From Phoronis australis (Eukaryota; Animalia; Phoronida), in the NCBI GenBank assembly GCA_002633005.1, contig NMRA01000041.1, forward strand, positions 1,121,294 through 1,185,293: DNA of 64,000 bases, given 5' to 3'. A model generated the notes under the pieces. It made no database searches. It worked only from the letters and a program-made list of their open reading frames with translations, and had not been told where the DNA came from. This document shows, piece after piece, positions 12,201 to 26,412 of the stretch; the stretch's first letter is position 1; every line of letters starts with the position of its first letter. Both the position numbers and the translations under genes were made by a program.

Positions 12201-13824
12201 CTGCAAAGTTAAAAATACAATGCTTCAGTTGTTGCAAAACAAGAGAAATTTCATCCATTTGCTTTTAAACACTATGGCATAGTTTCGCATCATATGTTTC
12301 TTAGACAAAAGTAACATTAAAAACAAGCGCATTAAGTAGAAAGAAAAAGTAAACTAGCTGACTTAAATCGGACGACAAGTGTTGTTTGAGTCATTTCCGG
12401 TTAAACTACAACCATTTCCCGCCATCTTTGTCTGTACAACGATACATTTCAAATATCTGTTTAGTATGCATTATTTACGAAAAATATCTGTAATTTTTTG
12501 ATCTTCGATGAGTTTTCTCGATTAATCTTAATTTGAACTAGAAGACAGTTGAACTGAATGCTTGAAGTAGGTGACAACAATTTGAGACTGTGACGGACAA
12601 ATTATAGACATTGGAAGTGATGACGAATTCGGGGAATTTCATCTACGGCGCTGCAGTCATTTTCAAGAGACACTTATTTGTGATCACCAGACGTCTATTA
12701 GCCGATAACCGCCCCACAATGTATTCAATAAACGACAACAGAGCCGTAGATGGAATTCCCAAATTATTTCACGACCAGTCATGAGGAGTCTATTTGTTTT
12801 AACCGGATGCTCACAGGCTCAGACAATGATCACGCCGAGTAAATAAGACATCCAGCCGAGGACAACCTTAATGGTATGTAGGTGTTGTTGTGAGCTAGCA
12901 CGTGCCAAAACATAGCTGAAAAACACAGAAAATACTCGAAAGTTTTGCATCGCTTTAGCCGTGGCGTGAACGGGCAACGCCGTGGTTTTAATTAGAACGA
13001 GCTAACTCCGACGATTTTTAATATTCACTGGACAGTGGTGAAGCGCAACACCCGTACTGGTCTCACCGATACCTAACAAGCGCCAGGCATATTGAGTCAG
13101 GAAAAGGCACGAGATGATCTAACTTATTGCAAAGTGACGAAATCAAAGATGCGATATCTCATCAAAATGTGAATATGCACATGAAATAATTGTTTACCAA
13201 CAACCCCGGGTCTCCCTGTGGCCCGAAAACCATCCGAGAACCAGTTACCCTAATGACACAAGGCCCAGTTTTTATTATTTTTTTCACTCACTATCAATTA
13301 ACGTTTGCGTAATATTCGGAATTACCAGGATTTTCTATATACTCACACTTTGTTTTTAAATGTACCAATTGTGGTGTTTTCTTTAAAACCGAAATTTATT
13401 TACAAATTGTTTCCTTTCCTGATTACACTTGAGCACACAGTTCTCCAGGAAGTCACGCGACAAATTTAAATATTCAAAGTTTTAATAAGACATAGCATCC
13501 TTAATGGAGTATCCGATGTCAAACACAGTTCACAGTGTACGTAGAGTTGGCGGGAAATGATTTAGACCGCGAACGTCACTTTCACAACAAGGCATGTATA
13601 ATTACTAATCTGGCTTCTGATATCTTTTCAATTCCAGTCTTAGAACTAATTTCGACAACCTATCACACTACACGCTAGGAGTTTTTTAACTAGATAATTT
13701 TGGGTGTTAAAGGTGACATTAGGTTTCGGAGTGATTTTTCTGCAATTATAAATTAAAAGCTTAGGTCATACTAACAGGTGTCTTTACGTAACTTCCTAAA
13801 AACTAGTCCCAATTGCGTAGATAA

Positions 13825-13859
<35 letters not shown>

Positions 13860-13870
13860 CGCGTGCGTGC
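13825..13870. repeat. (TG)n-(CG)n microsatellite
   Basis: An alternating purine-pyrimidine TG run continues into a CG run. Confidence 0.9.
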
Positions 13871-14749
13871 TAGTGTATGAATGTGTGTAAGTGTGCGTAA
13901 GTGTTTGTGTATTATTACTGTTTTCAATTGTTTCTATAATAATTCATTTGTGCAATGTTTACCTGTTACCCAGATCATGTTTTTTGTTAATTCCATTTCT
14001 GAGAAGTAGGCCCATGTAGTATATACATATACATAATAAACTAAATTTTAAAAAATGAAAATTTTTCCTTGCAAAAGAACCCAATCCAGTACTTTGTGTT
14101 GCTGACAGCGTACTGCATTTGCATTGACCAATTGCCCATCCTTGACGAACAGTCCCACCTCTTTGAATTTTTCTGCCATCCCGCCAAAGCATCTAAATGT
14201 CCTGCTTTTTGAGGCACGGCCAAACTGACATGTTATCATATACTATTGTAATTTACCATGCGACATAATCATCTTTTCTTGATCCACTAAAAGGAAAAAC
14301 GGGACGCTTTATGGGTTTTTGCGGCGCCCACAATTTCCATTCAATTATAAAAACAAGAACAAAAACACTCTCACGGGCATTTTTGGGTGTTACATCTACC
14401 ATTCGAAAAAAAGCGCTTTGTGTGTTGTAGCGAAAATTTCACCCTTACGTTTTGACTTAAAACCCAGTTATCCGCCTTTTATTTTGAAGCCCGCTTTCCA
14501 ACCCAGTTGTTCCGTTTTTTAATTCTTGAATGTTGACCGTGACAACTATGGAACAGGTGTTCAATTAGCATTGTCTCTTTTTATGAACATTTCCCAGAGT
14601 TCACTTTCTTTAGTAACATAACAATCGTAAAATTATGTTCCATACACTGCATGTATCAGGATCACCAACTTTTAGTTTTTGAAGAAAGGAGTTGACTTCT
14701 TAACTATTATGGGAAGTTTTAAATTGTAACCAATGTAATGCGCTAGCCA

Positions 14750-15308
14750 CAGTACATTTCAAAGCTAGGCGATAGATGTTTGCCCATTTTATATCTATCA
14801 GATAACATTTAACTGCAAAGGTCCACTTAATTATGATATATAAAGATGTATACATGTAGTTTTGGATGCATACCTGACTAAATTATCCAAACCAAATGTG
14901 AGGGATCCATATTCTAAAGCCATTGTCTTTATAGGATAAAACATTTAGTTTTGAATCATTGAAATTATTTCCCTAACGGCTTAGCTAGTGATTTATATAA
15001 CCTCTCTGGTTCAATTTCTTTTTATGTTACGATTACACGATGTCATTTTTCGCATTTTGGTAACACTGTTGGTTTATAGAATTAAAATATATAAACCAGT
15101 CAGGTATACGAAATGATAATTAGTTATGAGTTAAATTATTTATGTTTTGCTTCTGGTATAATCATCAACAACTGAAAGGTTTTTTTAATGGAACCGCTCT
15201 AATGTAATTCAATTGAAAAACAGCAGAGTTACGCAAAGTTTTCATGACAGTAAATTCCATAGAAAGTACACACACGGGAACAAACGAATGCAGGGCTAGA
15301 GTTTTATG
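14750..15308. repeat. Dispersed repeat, copy 1 (otopetrin A intron)
   Basis: Collinear similarity to 21795-22447 (ACATTTCAAAGCTA, GAGGGATCCATATTCT, GTCAGGTATACGAAATGATAA, GAAAAACAGC). Ends in CAGGGCTAGAGTT.TATG. Confidence 0.7.
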
Positions 15309-16229
15309 GTAAGAACACAGAAAGAACAACGGAACCTGGCGTGTATTCCGTAGATATGAGAACCAATATCAATTTCGGCAAGCGTTCTAATTTTGCTTCT
15401 ATTCACGTGGTCTAACTGCAAATATGATGTCTGTTCATGATGGCGTCGTCACCTTACAATTTTCAAGAAAGAAAGACAGTGTTATTTTCTCATGGGGGAA
15501 ATGAAACTTGGCGAATCCGAGGCAAAAATTACCTCCCATTACGTCAGTGACTTTCTACCGTTCAGCCATTGTGGCGCTCACCTTCTACGAAAGTTGTATT
15601 CCCCAATCTACGGAAACAGCTTTTTGCCGGTAGATGGCAGGGCGAGCAAAAGTAACTTTTCAAATGATAATTGGCATAACTTGACTGATTTTGCGAATTA
15701 TGGCTAAACCAACTTATGTGGAAGATGCTTTATTCAAATTGAACGTCTAGTCCTTATTGTGATCAAGCCATAATATGAAATAAAGATTTTTCGTTCCAAA
15801 CTGTTTTGACATGGCAACGATTTACTATTCGAGTCTTTTCTGATCTATCGGTCACTTAGCGGCTTTAAAGAAGTGAGTAGACCATTCTGAATACAACAGA
15901 CGTAACAATTGTTCTAATTGGTAGGAATTCGTGTGACTACTTTGGTGGGAAACGGTTGGCACTCATTTGCTATTTCGTTTAACACATCGTCACTGCGATC
16001 TCCACTAACATTACCGTGGGTTTTTGTTGAAAACTAACTCATCTATTTTCTGACAACTAGGCAAGTGCCGAAAGGAAAATGAAACGTCCCAACTCTTTCA
16101 AAATGACAATCCCAAATGATGCATATTTCCGTATTACTGAAACTATCGATCTCTTTCCAAGCCAATGAACATTATGATCGTTTTTTGAGAAATACGATCA
16201 GTCAAGTCCTCGTCACTCGGCCAATTTGT

Positions 16230-17172
16230 CTCCCGCAATACAAAACACGTCTACTTGCTAGGAATGGCAAAGACGTAACACATTTCCTTCATGTGAAAAT
16301 GTGACCTCTGACCTTTGATGTAAACAAAACAATGGTTACTTCAAGCACCAGCCAGTCTGATAAAGAGGCAATTGAGGTAAGTCTTAACTGTTTAAAATTA
16401 GTTACAAAGGTATCGTAGTATTCAAACGTATTCTAAAATGCACTTGGAATTATTTTTTGAAAAGTGCTCGCTTCATTGGCTTGCTTCATACTGTGCTGTC
16501 TACTTCAGATTCCGTGCCATCACACATGATAATCTTGTCACTCAGCTGTCTGTCGATGTCTGTGAGCGCATGCGCGCATTTACCTGAGTGGGAGGGGAAT
16601 TATGAACTTAGTCATTTATTTTCGAAATTCCCTCACATGGAAAAGTTAATATTCTGTAGTAGACGTTGTAAGATAGTACTTTTCTTTAAGGAATTATTTA
16701 AAAAATATTTTTCATTTGGCAAGCTTTCACGTTCCATGCCTCTTTAAGCTTTGAAAACTTTGATTGAAGTAAGTTTTCAAAAACTTAAAATCTAAAAAAG
16801 TTGTTTTTAAACAATATTTTTTCAAAAGTTAATTTGGTTCAAAAAATATTGTTTACAAAAACTAAAGTTTTAATGACCAAAACATAGTGGCATAGAACGC
16901 GAAAGACAGAATAAAGTGCATTGTTTCAAAGTGATTTCGGTTACTGAAACAGAGGTCAAACTCTTCACCGGGTATTTTTACGATTTGTTCGTAAATATTT
17001 TGCATTTACGTTGACGCTAAAGCATTTCCTTTTATTTTCAAATTAAAAAAAACGACCTGTCAGCTACTCGTCACGTCGTCGGTTTTTTCCCACAAGCCAA
17101 ATCACGTCTTCTTATTTGGTATGGCAAGACATAGACGTAACAGATTTCCCTAACATGGAAAATGTGACCTTT
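16230..17172. repeat. Fragments of the same dispersed repeat in the otopetrin A intron
   Basis: Blocks at ~16270-16315, 16560-16748 and 17071-17172 match 2670-3021. Confidence 0.6.
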
Positions 17173-17592
17173 GATCTGTGGTGTAAAGAAACAATGGCGA
17201 TTCTGTACTTTGGAAATGTTTATTGGGTATTTCTTAGAGCACATGCACGAACCTATATTATTAGGGGCGGACAATTTGAAAACTGCATAGGGATGAAATA
17301 TAAGTTATATTTGTTTGTGTTTTAAAAATAGTGAGTCAAACGATTTTTTCTACAAATTTTGGATTATTCAAGGTAAATAACTCTCACTGTAGCATCCCCA
17401 AGAAGTAAATTCGCCACGATCTTAAAAGGTATGTTTATGTGTTTACCCGTTTCAGATCTCTTTAGGTTTTTCGCACTATGACAGTGTAAGTTGTTCAGTG
17501 AAAATTAAGTTCATTTTGTAAGAGGTTGTTTGACAGAAATGCTGACTAACAAAGTTGTGACAATATGTTTCTGACATCTGAAAAATACTCAC

Positions 17593-18534
17593 ATTTCCGG
17601 CGTTTGGAGGCCCCGAGTTCTCGTTTTCGCCAAGTTGTCCCGACAAATGAAAGAGCATGCCAACAGTCATGCAGGAAAGTTCCATAGTGAATGGATAAAG
17701 GTAGCGACCAGCACTAAAGATCATGTCTGACCAAACTGAGCAGTTTGGTTGATCAAAACTAGGATAGTTGGCTGTAGCGTTCCGACTTTGCATTCCATGA
17801 ACTTGTTGTTGAAAGCAAGATATCCAAATTAACGCGTTAACACTGATCATAAAATAAACAAGGTATCTTGTGGAACGGCCAGGATTTGTCATTTTAAAGT
17901 TTCGGAAGAAGCGAATGCAAATAACTTGAAAAAGGTAGAACAAAATTTTAGAGGAATGGAAACTTATTTGAGTTACCAGGACAAACTGGCATGTCTGAAC
18001 GTCATCAGTTCCGTTAAGCCTGTGATATGACTTGGCGTTGTCGATTAGAGCAATCACGTCAAAAGCAGAGGCTCCTAACCAGAATATAAAGGCTGCAACT
18101 TCTTTGACTATTTCCACTTTGTCTCGCCTGCCCGCGGATTGACCACTATTGTCCTCGTCTTTCTCTTGAGTCATGATGACGTACAGGCCTAATACGATAC
18201 AGGTAATTTGTAATAGTACGAGTAGAAGCAATGCCCATGCGGGACTTACGCGAAACCTAGGTTCTGAATTCATTTCCTGACTGATCATCAGAGCTGCGCC
18301 AGCACTAATGCAGTACATAGCCAAAAGTAAACTGATCTCTCGTCCTTTATGCTCGCTGATGTACTGCAACAGACGCCCACATTTCCCTCTCTGTCCCCGG
18401 TCTTCTGTATTCACTCCATTTCGATTCTGTGAGGGGTCTTCTCCGGTGTCAACACCACGGTAACCAAATGAAGCATTGTTCTCCGAATCAGATGGATTAC
18501 TTTCCATCAAGGGTTTGTTTTCAGAAGTCATCAT
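17593..18534 (-). CDS. Otopetrin-like gene A, coding exon 1 (N-domain, TM1-TM6)
   Basis: Six hydrophobic segments with otopetrin-like motifs FYLFQV (TM4), SVNALIW (TM5) and RYLYPFTME (TM6). Phase-0 donor AAT|GTGAGT at 17593/17592. Confidence 0.8.
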
Positions 18535-20189
18535 GGTAGATTTCCAATGAGCTCAGTTGCAGATTGATCCCCGAATTGGGTTGAGTACGTAGCTGATTTA
18601 CGCAGACTGGTTGGATGCACAGCAAATTGATAACCCTGTAAGCTCGGTAAGCAACACTGCTTTGAATATATACATATGGTATTCGATCACATATCTCATT
18701 CAGGTGTAAGATAAAAATTACAACGCAAGCTAAGAGTTTCATTTAGATATCGACGGACGTTTTTCAGTAATCGCTTTTTTCTACACGACAACATGCATGA
18801 ACCAAATTCAGTACATTCTGATGGCCCCGCTAACAAAATTCCCAATAAATATTTCAAAATAACCAAGTTTCTAAAAGCAGAGGTGCTGATCACATTATTG
18901 TCCTTCTCTAAAAGAGAAAAATGTTTACGTGTAAATAGGACAAGCAAGTACAGCTGCTGCATGATATTTTACTTACTTTGGTTTTAGTTACAAACAGAAA
19001 ATTGCGATGGAGAGATATCGTTTTGGGTACAATTTTTTTAGTGAAAAAGGAATTTTGAAGCCATTTATTTGGAAGTGTGATGCTGAGATCACGTCGCCCA
19101 ATGCAAACGTGCACCGAGTTTGTCACTGTGTCATCTGTAGAGCTGATTAGCCCAGCGATAGGATGATGACCGACGCGCAGCATCATGTGGTTCGGAAATG
19201 GAACGAAAATCTATAAGAATTCGTTATATAGTTTTATTTACCCGTTGCTATCTCAAGTAAGTCACAAACACGAATAATTATGGAGTTATAGATCATAAAC
19301 TGCAGATTTACAGCTTCTATAATTTCCTGTGAAATTCAGTGGAGTCCTCATATATTTTTGTGCAAACATTTCGCTATTTTTTGAATAGCAGTTCGACGGG
19401 TAATTTTGGCTACAGTGCAGGAAACGCAGATGCAAAATTCAAAAGGCACAATCCTTACTCAACAGACGTAAAATATACACACCGAATGAAGTGAACCGGA
19501 CAAACTCGGCAGGTGCCGCTAGTTAGTGGACTTTGGGACCTGTGCACACGATTTCAGACTTCTCATGCATTGGAAATACATGTAAGCAGAGCTAGCAGTT
19601 TATGTACTATAGACTAGGGTATAATGCATTGATTTAGTGCGTTTGGAGGTGGCACTGAACAGTCAGGATGCAGCCGACGCCAATTTGAAGTGCCAAAAAA
19701 TTAAATTCTGGGGTATGCCAGGCTGGGGGGGAGGGGGAGGTTTCAGGTACATGTAGGTGTTGCATGCAGGCACAGTGAATCGGATTTGCTTGTATTTGCT
19801 TGTATTTGTGAAAATATTGGGAACAACAGAAGACCAAGAGTTCACTTTCAGATGCTCTCTTCTTCAAGATGGCGGCCCCCTGTTGCATTTGTGCATTGTA
19901 AATAGCGACTGAGAAATCGCTGCGTTTTCAGGTTGCCCTATTATTGACAAACCAAAATTATAAAAAAGATTGGCAGCACATTTGGATCACATGTTGATCT
20001 GTAAGAAAATTAGTTTCAAAATCTAATGTTGGCTTACGTCGTGTTTCGGCAACGAAGTGGTGATCTTGAGTTGAAAAGTGCAATTTTGTGTCTTTCCTTT
20101 TTTCTGGACCTACCTTGCTTTTATTGGGAGAGCATGGGCAAAAATACAACACATAATGAAGTTTTGTGCTCGTCTCTAGGGCTTTAGAT

Positions 20190-20350
20190 GAGGAATGACA
20201 CAAAACTTTCCATTCTTTGCATACGGTTTTTGATAGAGTGAAGAAAAGGTCACAAGACAATTGATGTGTGTTCTGCAAGAACCCAGTTAGAACTGCTCTG
20301 TGTCCTAATGGTGCAGCCTCAAAGGCAAATCTCAATAGATGAAGCTGTGA
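20190..20350 (+). pseudogene. Possible second piggyBac transposase remnant
   Basis: Manual translation QPQRQISIDEAV (20314-20349) resembles the first catalytic-Asp motif of piggyBac transposases. Flanks are decayed. Confidence 0.3.
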
Positions 20351-21794
20351 CTGAATCATTTCTCTAGTCTCGAATCACGCCTACATTAGCCTTGGAGTTT
20401 TGGTGAATAACACGAAAATGAGGTCAATTGGCAATGTTTTTGTACTATACTAAGTAAGCTACATTCTGACTTATTTGAGTGATTACAACATTTTAAATTG
20501 TCTACCATTTTCTTCATTCAACTGCTTCTTAATGATTTTAGAATAATTTCCTGAGAGATTCACGAAACTTTATTTACGGAACGACACTAAAATACATGTA
20601 TTCTTGGGCAGTACGCAGAAATTGGGGCTTTCTAAACACCATACCCTCTGGAAAAGGCACCCGGTAGATTGTGCTATCAGCTGAATAGACGTCTGGATAA
20701 ACATGCACAAAAAGAAATTCAAAGTTATGACGTTTTACGAATATTTTGTATTGGATTTTAATATATGGTAACTGGTATGTGGAACATACAATGTATGTGA
20801 ACGACTAACTACGTGACTTACTGAAACGTAGCATCGTCGACAACCCAAAGCACTCTCTTATTCCCCACTCTAGACAATCAGTGAACATTCAAATTATGTC
20901 ATATTTCGTGGAGGTGTTTTCCATCATCATTTATGCAATGGATTACTGGAGCTCTTAAAGGACCGACTAAGCGTTATACACCCTGAGAAAGTTCCCCGAA
21001 GACAGTATTACACTCGAGGCACGCCCCTGGCCGAAGTTGCCTGTTTCCATCCTTCCCACATCATGATGAAAATGGACTTTGGGATGACAGGGCTTTAAAG
21101 GCTGCATCCATAGTCGCTGACTCGGGGCCTTTTTTAAAGTGTGCTCCAGAATGTACGCGTGCAGGCATTATTGTCAAAACGACGACAAAACATCCGATGA
21201 GTAGCTTAGGATTCACTGCTCTATGGGGAATGACTAATTGTTTACAATGTAGTCAGAATTATCTCTTAAGCGATAAGGTCTTGAATATTTATCCTTTTGC
21301 CATAACGTGATGTTTTAAACCAGTTACCTCTTTATCGATAAGTTCGTTAAATCGCATTGTTCGCATTGAAATATTTATAAAAGTATTAAGCACGTGTGAT
21401 CGGATTTTCAAACGATACTCAAAAGCATCATTGAATCTTTCCAAGAATCCACGTAGAGATAATTATCAGCTAGAGATACGGGGTAATATTTAGTTTTGTA
21501 GAAATTCTGGGAGGGCTGGAGGCTTGACAACAATTTAGTAAAAAGCTGATGAATGGGGTTGGTGTCGCGTACCGTCATAAGCATGCAATAATTACCCGAG
21601 TAGCCAATTTTATGAGTTTGGTGGAAAATGTCAAATCCTAATCCAGATTTCGATTTAATATTATCCCAAGACCTATGAAACAATATTTTCAGCATTTATG
21701 TCTTTTCTTGTAATTTAAAATTTGCTTGCATGCATAGGATTGCGCGGTAACAGCAATAGATCCTGATGTTCGGTTTATCAATAATGTTGATACA

Positions 21795-22447
21795 CATTAC
21801 ATTTCAAAGCTACGCAATGGATGTTTGCTAGTTTTTATCTATCAGGAAGCTTTTATCTGCAAATTTCGGATAGGTAGTCGAAGTAAATAGTTAATCATAT
21901 TTTGTGTAAATGTCACTGCATCCTGAATGTTTTACCGAAGGCCTATATCAAACGGCCCCAAAGGTCCAATTGTTATATAACGATGTGTAATTTTAGATGA
22001 ATGCCTGACAATTCTTCACATCAACTTTGAGGGATCCATATTCTGAATTCGTTGTCCTGATAGGGTAGAAATCTTTTGAATCAATTTTCTCTCTGCTGGC
22101 TTAATTAATTAGTCATTTACATAACAACAAGTTCGTTTCCTTTTTATGTTATTATTGCACACTGTTTTTTTCGCAATTTGGTAACACTTCTAGTGTTTTT
22201 AAACCTGTCAGGTATACGAAATGATAAATATTTATGAATTATTTTTTTTCTTCGATCTATTATAATCAGACACCACCAAGAAATGATGAAGAGCTTTCTT
22301 ATGATATGACTATTATGCAATTTGTTTGAAAAACAGCGGAGCTGCGGAAATTTTAGTGGCAGTAAGTTCCATAGAAAGAATCAACATCAGACCAAATGAA
22401 TGCAAACAAATGCCATGCATGCAGTATTCCAGGGCTAGAGTTCTATG
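21795..22447. repeat. Dispersed repeat, copy 2 (between otopetrins A and B)
   Basis: Collinear similarity to 14750-15308. Ends in the same TIR as the 9707-10628 element. Confidence 0.7.
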
Positions 22448-23262
22448 ATTGAGCTGACCACAAAGCTGCCGCCAATACTAAAATTGAATGTTTGTTCGGT
22501 TTGCTATTGCCTGACCTCCTTTTCAGAGTACTTTAATGACAGCTGCCAAACATTCCTTTACAGCGAAAAGTATTTTTTAGTAAAAGAGCACAATAACGGA
22601 AGTGATTGAAAACGTACAGGTACAAGTGACACGAATTAAATTCCCAAATGCTATTGTAGTGTTTATATTTTATTGTGATATAGGTTCACAGTTTACAGGC
22701 TGTGGAACATTGTATAAATAATCGCAATAACAATTGACACTTCCGGCCACACCGGCACTTAAAGTCACATTGAAAACAACAGCTGCGGAATAACAAGATA
22801 TCGTATATACATGTAGGTAAGTATAGAAAATCTGTGAAGCCCACGAATACATGTACAATATTTGCAAATAAAATCAGCACACTTTCAACATCACTATGAA
22901 AAGATAAAAAATAATTTGCGCGAATTTCGTTCAGTTGTTGAACTACATGATATGAAAAATTAAAACTGTCGCTGGATTCCAGGAACTTCATGTAACTACA
23001 TTGTTCAGTAAATCTGTTTATCAACATGTACTCTACTCGACAATGTTAGTCTAATAAATCCCCAAAATTGTGATTAGCTCTAATCGCCAAACAAATAAGA
23101 GATTGGTTTCGTTTTTGTGATGCGAGGTAACGAAAACACCGATCAATTACGTGTTTACAGGAAAGTCCTATTCAAAAACCTTTTACATTTAAAGCTCTAT
23201 ATGATTCGATTATTTATTACAACTATTTATTCTCCAGCGAGCGTGATATAATATTTTTCAGA

Positions 23263-23274
23263 ATATATATATAT

Positions 23275-23341
<67 letters not shown>

Positions 23342-23407
23342 ATATATATATTAGTATAGATATTTAAATTAGTGTTTGAGTGATTGTGTGTGTGTGTGTG
23401 TGTGTGC
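23263..23407. repeat. (TA)n and (TG)n microsatellites
   Basis: Directly visible. Confidence 0.9.
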
Positions 23408-23828
23408 ACGCCCACATACATGAGCGCCTGAGTACTTAAAATACGGCAATGGTGGTGTTTGTGTGTACATTCTGCTGCCCATCCTATCAATAATCCTGTC
23501 TACTTTGAAAACCCAAACTTTCGGATACAACGTACATGCAAAAAGCAACCCTCATCGCACAAATTCATGTAATTATTACTTTATCGCATTGCTAAAATAT
23601 TCTTTTTTACCATCGGCATGTCTACTAAATTTTAAAATGTTGCAAAATGATATACAGTTGTAATATTTTAAAACTGTACAAGACGGAATACCCCAGTGCT
23701 CTTCTGTTTCGCAACGTCAATACGTTATGTGTTTTTTGAAATATTCCCAAACCGTGGCATCTGTAACGGTACATGTACCTACATCTGCTGGAGCTCATGT
23801 GTAAGGATCAAACAGACTAAGAAAGCTG

Positions 23829-26412
23829 TGCACCGTTGCATGAAACGGTCCTTAAATGTTAGGGATGTCCTTAAGTCTTAGGGACTGTTGCATGAAAAGT
23901 TCCCAGTTAGTTTAGGCATTAAATAGGGACTCAACTTTTGGGGTTACCTAAAGTAAGTCCCTAAGTTGAGTCCCTAGCAATAAAATGGCTGATCAAGCTC
24001 ATACTGCTGTTGAAAAAAGAATTTCCCGTGACAGAACTAACCCGCTCGAGACGTTCATGTAGGCCTATAGCGACAGTGAGCTAAACGAAAGATTTAGATT
24101 TTCAAGGGTTGGGATATTCATGATAGTTAGAAAGCTTGAAGAGAAGCTGCAGTTGTCGAACAGGAAAGGCGTGATCTCATCCACTGAAGTAGTAGTTCCA
24201 TCGTAAACTGAATTTATCGATTACTATAGTGCCACGACTTACCCCACGTCTCACTTAATACGCAGGAAAGACAACTTTAAAGTCCTGGTCTCACACGTTG
24301 TTAATCCTTATTACATGGTTAGAGGATGTTATAAGGATCCAAGAAGTACTTACCCTATAACTAATACACGATCCCTACTCGAAAAAAGTTTAAATGAACG
24401 CGCCACTCACAATTCGCACCCGAAGAACCACTGCCATTTTGAACTTCACCGCGAACACGGAAGTACAATTCATCCAGGAACCCAGGCTATGAAAACGCAG
24501 TCAGTGCGACTGGAGCAGTGCCTGTTACCAGCCTGCAAACGGAGATAAAATAATCGACAGCGCGCCTTAATTTTAATAAAATCAAAATACGGATAATTTT
24601 ATCGAATTTACTGAGGAAATGTGACGAATAAATTTTGACAGAAATTATTTTGCCGGACTCGGGACTGCAGCCTATCGGATGATTAAAAAAAATATGAAGT
24701 TTCAAGGAATAAGAATTGGAGGCTTGAAACTTCACAATCCAACATAGCTTATTTCTCAAATTAAGATTATTCATATTGTTGACTTGATAGCCTGAATTAA
24801 GAAGCAATAAGTTACAAAATATGACTTGAAAGCAATTGAGACTTAAAATTTAGAAAAATATGAATCAATTTGTGACACCTAATCAATCCTTGAACAGCAG
24901 TTGATAGTCAAATAAAAAACCATTTCAAAATCATTTCAACTATTTTTTTAGCTTAGTGTAAGATCACCTGAATGGGAAATTCACAGTAAAATAATTCGAA
25001 TACATCTTATATTTTTGCACAAAAACACGGAAATTGAACAAAGTTCCTTTTTATAGCAACGTTTGTCAAAATGTATTAACGTTGAATCTTCATAAATTAC
25101 AAAGTGACAGGTTGAGCATGCCTTCCAGTTCAGCAAAAGTCGCCATGGTGTCGGTGCCGCCAGAAATGAGACGAAGTCCAACGGGAATTGTGAGCACATT
25201 TATCACTTAATGAGTAACAACTGCGTGGCTGAAATTTGGTGAACACTGTTAGATCGTGCAGAATAGTAAGTAAAGATATGTCTCACTAAATTTCACCGTA
25301 GATTGTCGGCGAACAATTTACACAAAGTTTTAAACTCGTAACGTATCCCGCTGTCCTCCAATATGGCCGACGCGATCCAAACAAAGTGACCCAAATTTGC
25401 CACAAAAATTGCAATAACTTTATTCTGCTTGCCCCAATTTTGATACTTTTTCGATTTTTACTGAGTATAATGCACTATCTTTCCGATGATAGCAAAGTAC
25501 TTTTTCAAAACGAGAAAAAAAATCAAAACGAAAAAAAATTGGCTCAACTCATATTGGTTCCTAGGGTCAATCGCCCTACGTAAGGAACTAAACACCAATG
25601 CTTTTTTAACATAATAAGTACGCGTAAAATTCCAAAAGAAATTCAACTACCACTAACTACAAACTACAAATACATTACATATGCAAACGAATCACGAGAT
25701 ATTACTAATAAAACAAAATAATGAAGACTTTTCGAGCAAGCGATAGCACATTCAGTTACAAGGAAAAAAAATGGCGGCGTTCAGGTCAAGTTCCTGAACT
25801 GATGAGCCGGAAATATGGGTACGGAAATAACCGATGACAGCCGGTAATTATACGCTCACAGAGAAGGGTCAGATACTGTAATCGCTTTTGGCAAGGAAGG
25901 CGAAAAGAATATAAGGAAAGGGTGTCGAAAATAAGATTTTATTTAGTAAGTATTTTCGGATACTGGACCCACATGGGCATTTAGAGACCAGGACTGTTGG
26001 GAAGTGCGGTGACTCCCACCGGAGATTCTGGTATTCTCACCAGTTCGCTGTTTTTTAATTTACATTAGCGTGGGCGGCCACAATCGATCGTCTGCTCTCT
26101 CAACAGCAGTACAAAACTCGATTTCTCGGAAAATGTACATTGACTGTGCACTCTACTCGAACAATCATTCAAAAGGTGGAACAGAGGACGTAAATGCGAC
26201 AGGTCCTCTCGTTGATAGCAATTTTTGCCATATTAAGCGACCTTAGCCACAGCTTTGGGAACTTACTTCGGATTTAGGGCACTCCCAATAAGGACCGAGT
26301 GTAGGACCTCTTCATGCAACAGTCCTCAAACAAAATCCTTATAGGGACTTCCCTAACTAGTTTGGGAACTTGGTTAAGTCCCTAATTAGGGACTGTTTCA
26401 TGCAACCGGGCA
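23829..26412. mobile_element. Decayed PIF/Harbinger DNA transposon (~2.6 kb)
   Basis: Imperfect TIRs (TGCACCGTTGCATGAAACGGTCC vs reverse-complemented TGCCCGGTTGCATGAAACAGTCC). CTG flanks both sides (23826-28, 26413-15). Subterminal TAGGGAC/GTCCCTA repeats and an internal HARBI1-like remnant. Confidence 0.8.
23985..24188 (+). pseudogene. Harbinger transposase (HARBI1-like) N-terminal remnant
   Basis: Manual translation MADQAHTAVEKRISRDRTNPLETFM*AYSDSELNERFRFSRVGIFMIVRKLEEKLQLSNRK matches the RDR.NPL..Y.D.EL..RFRFSR start of Harbinger transposases and has an in-frame stop. Confidence 0.7.
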
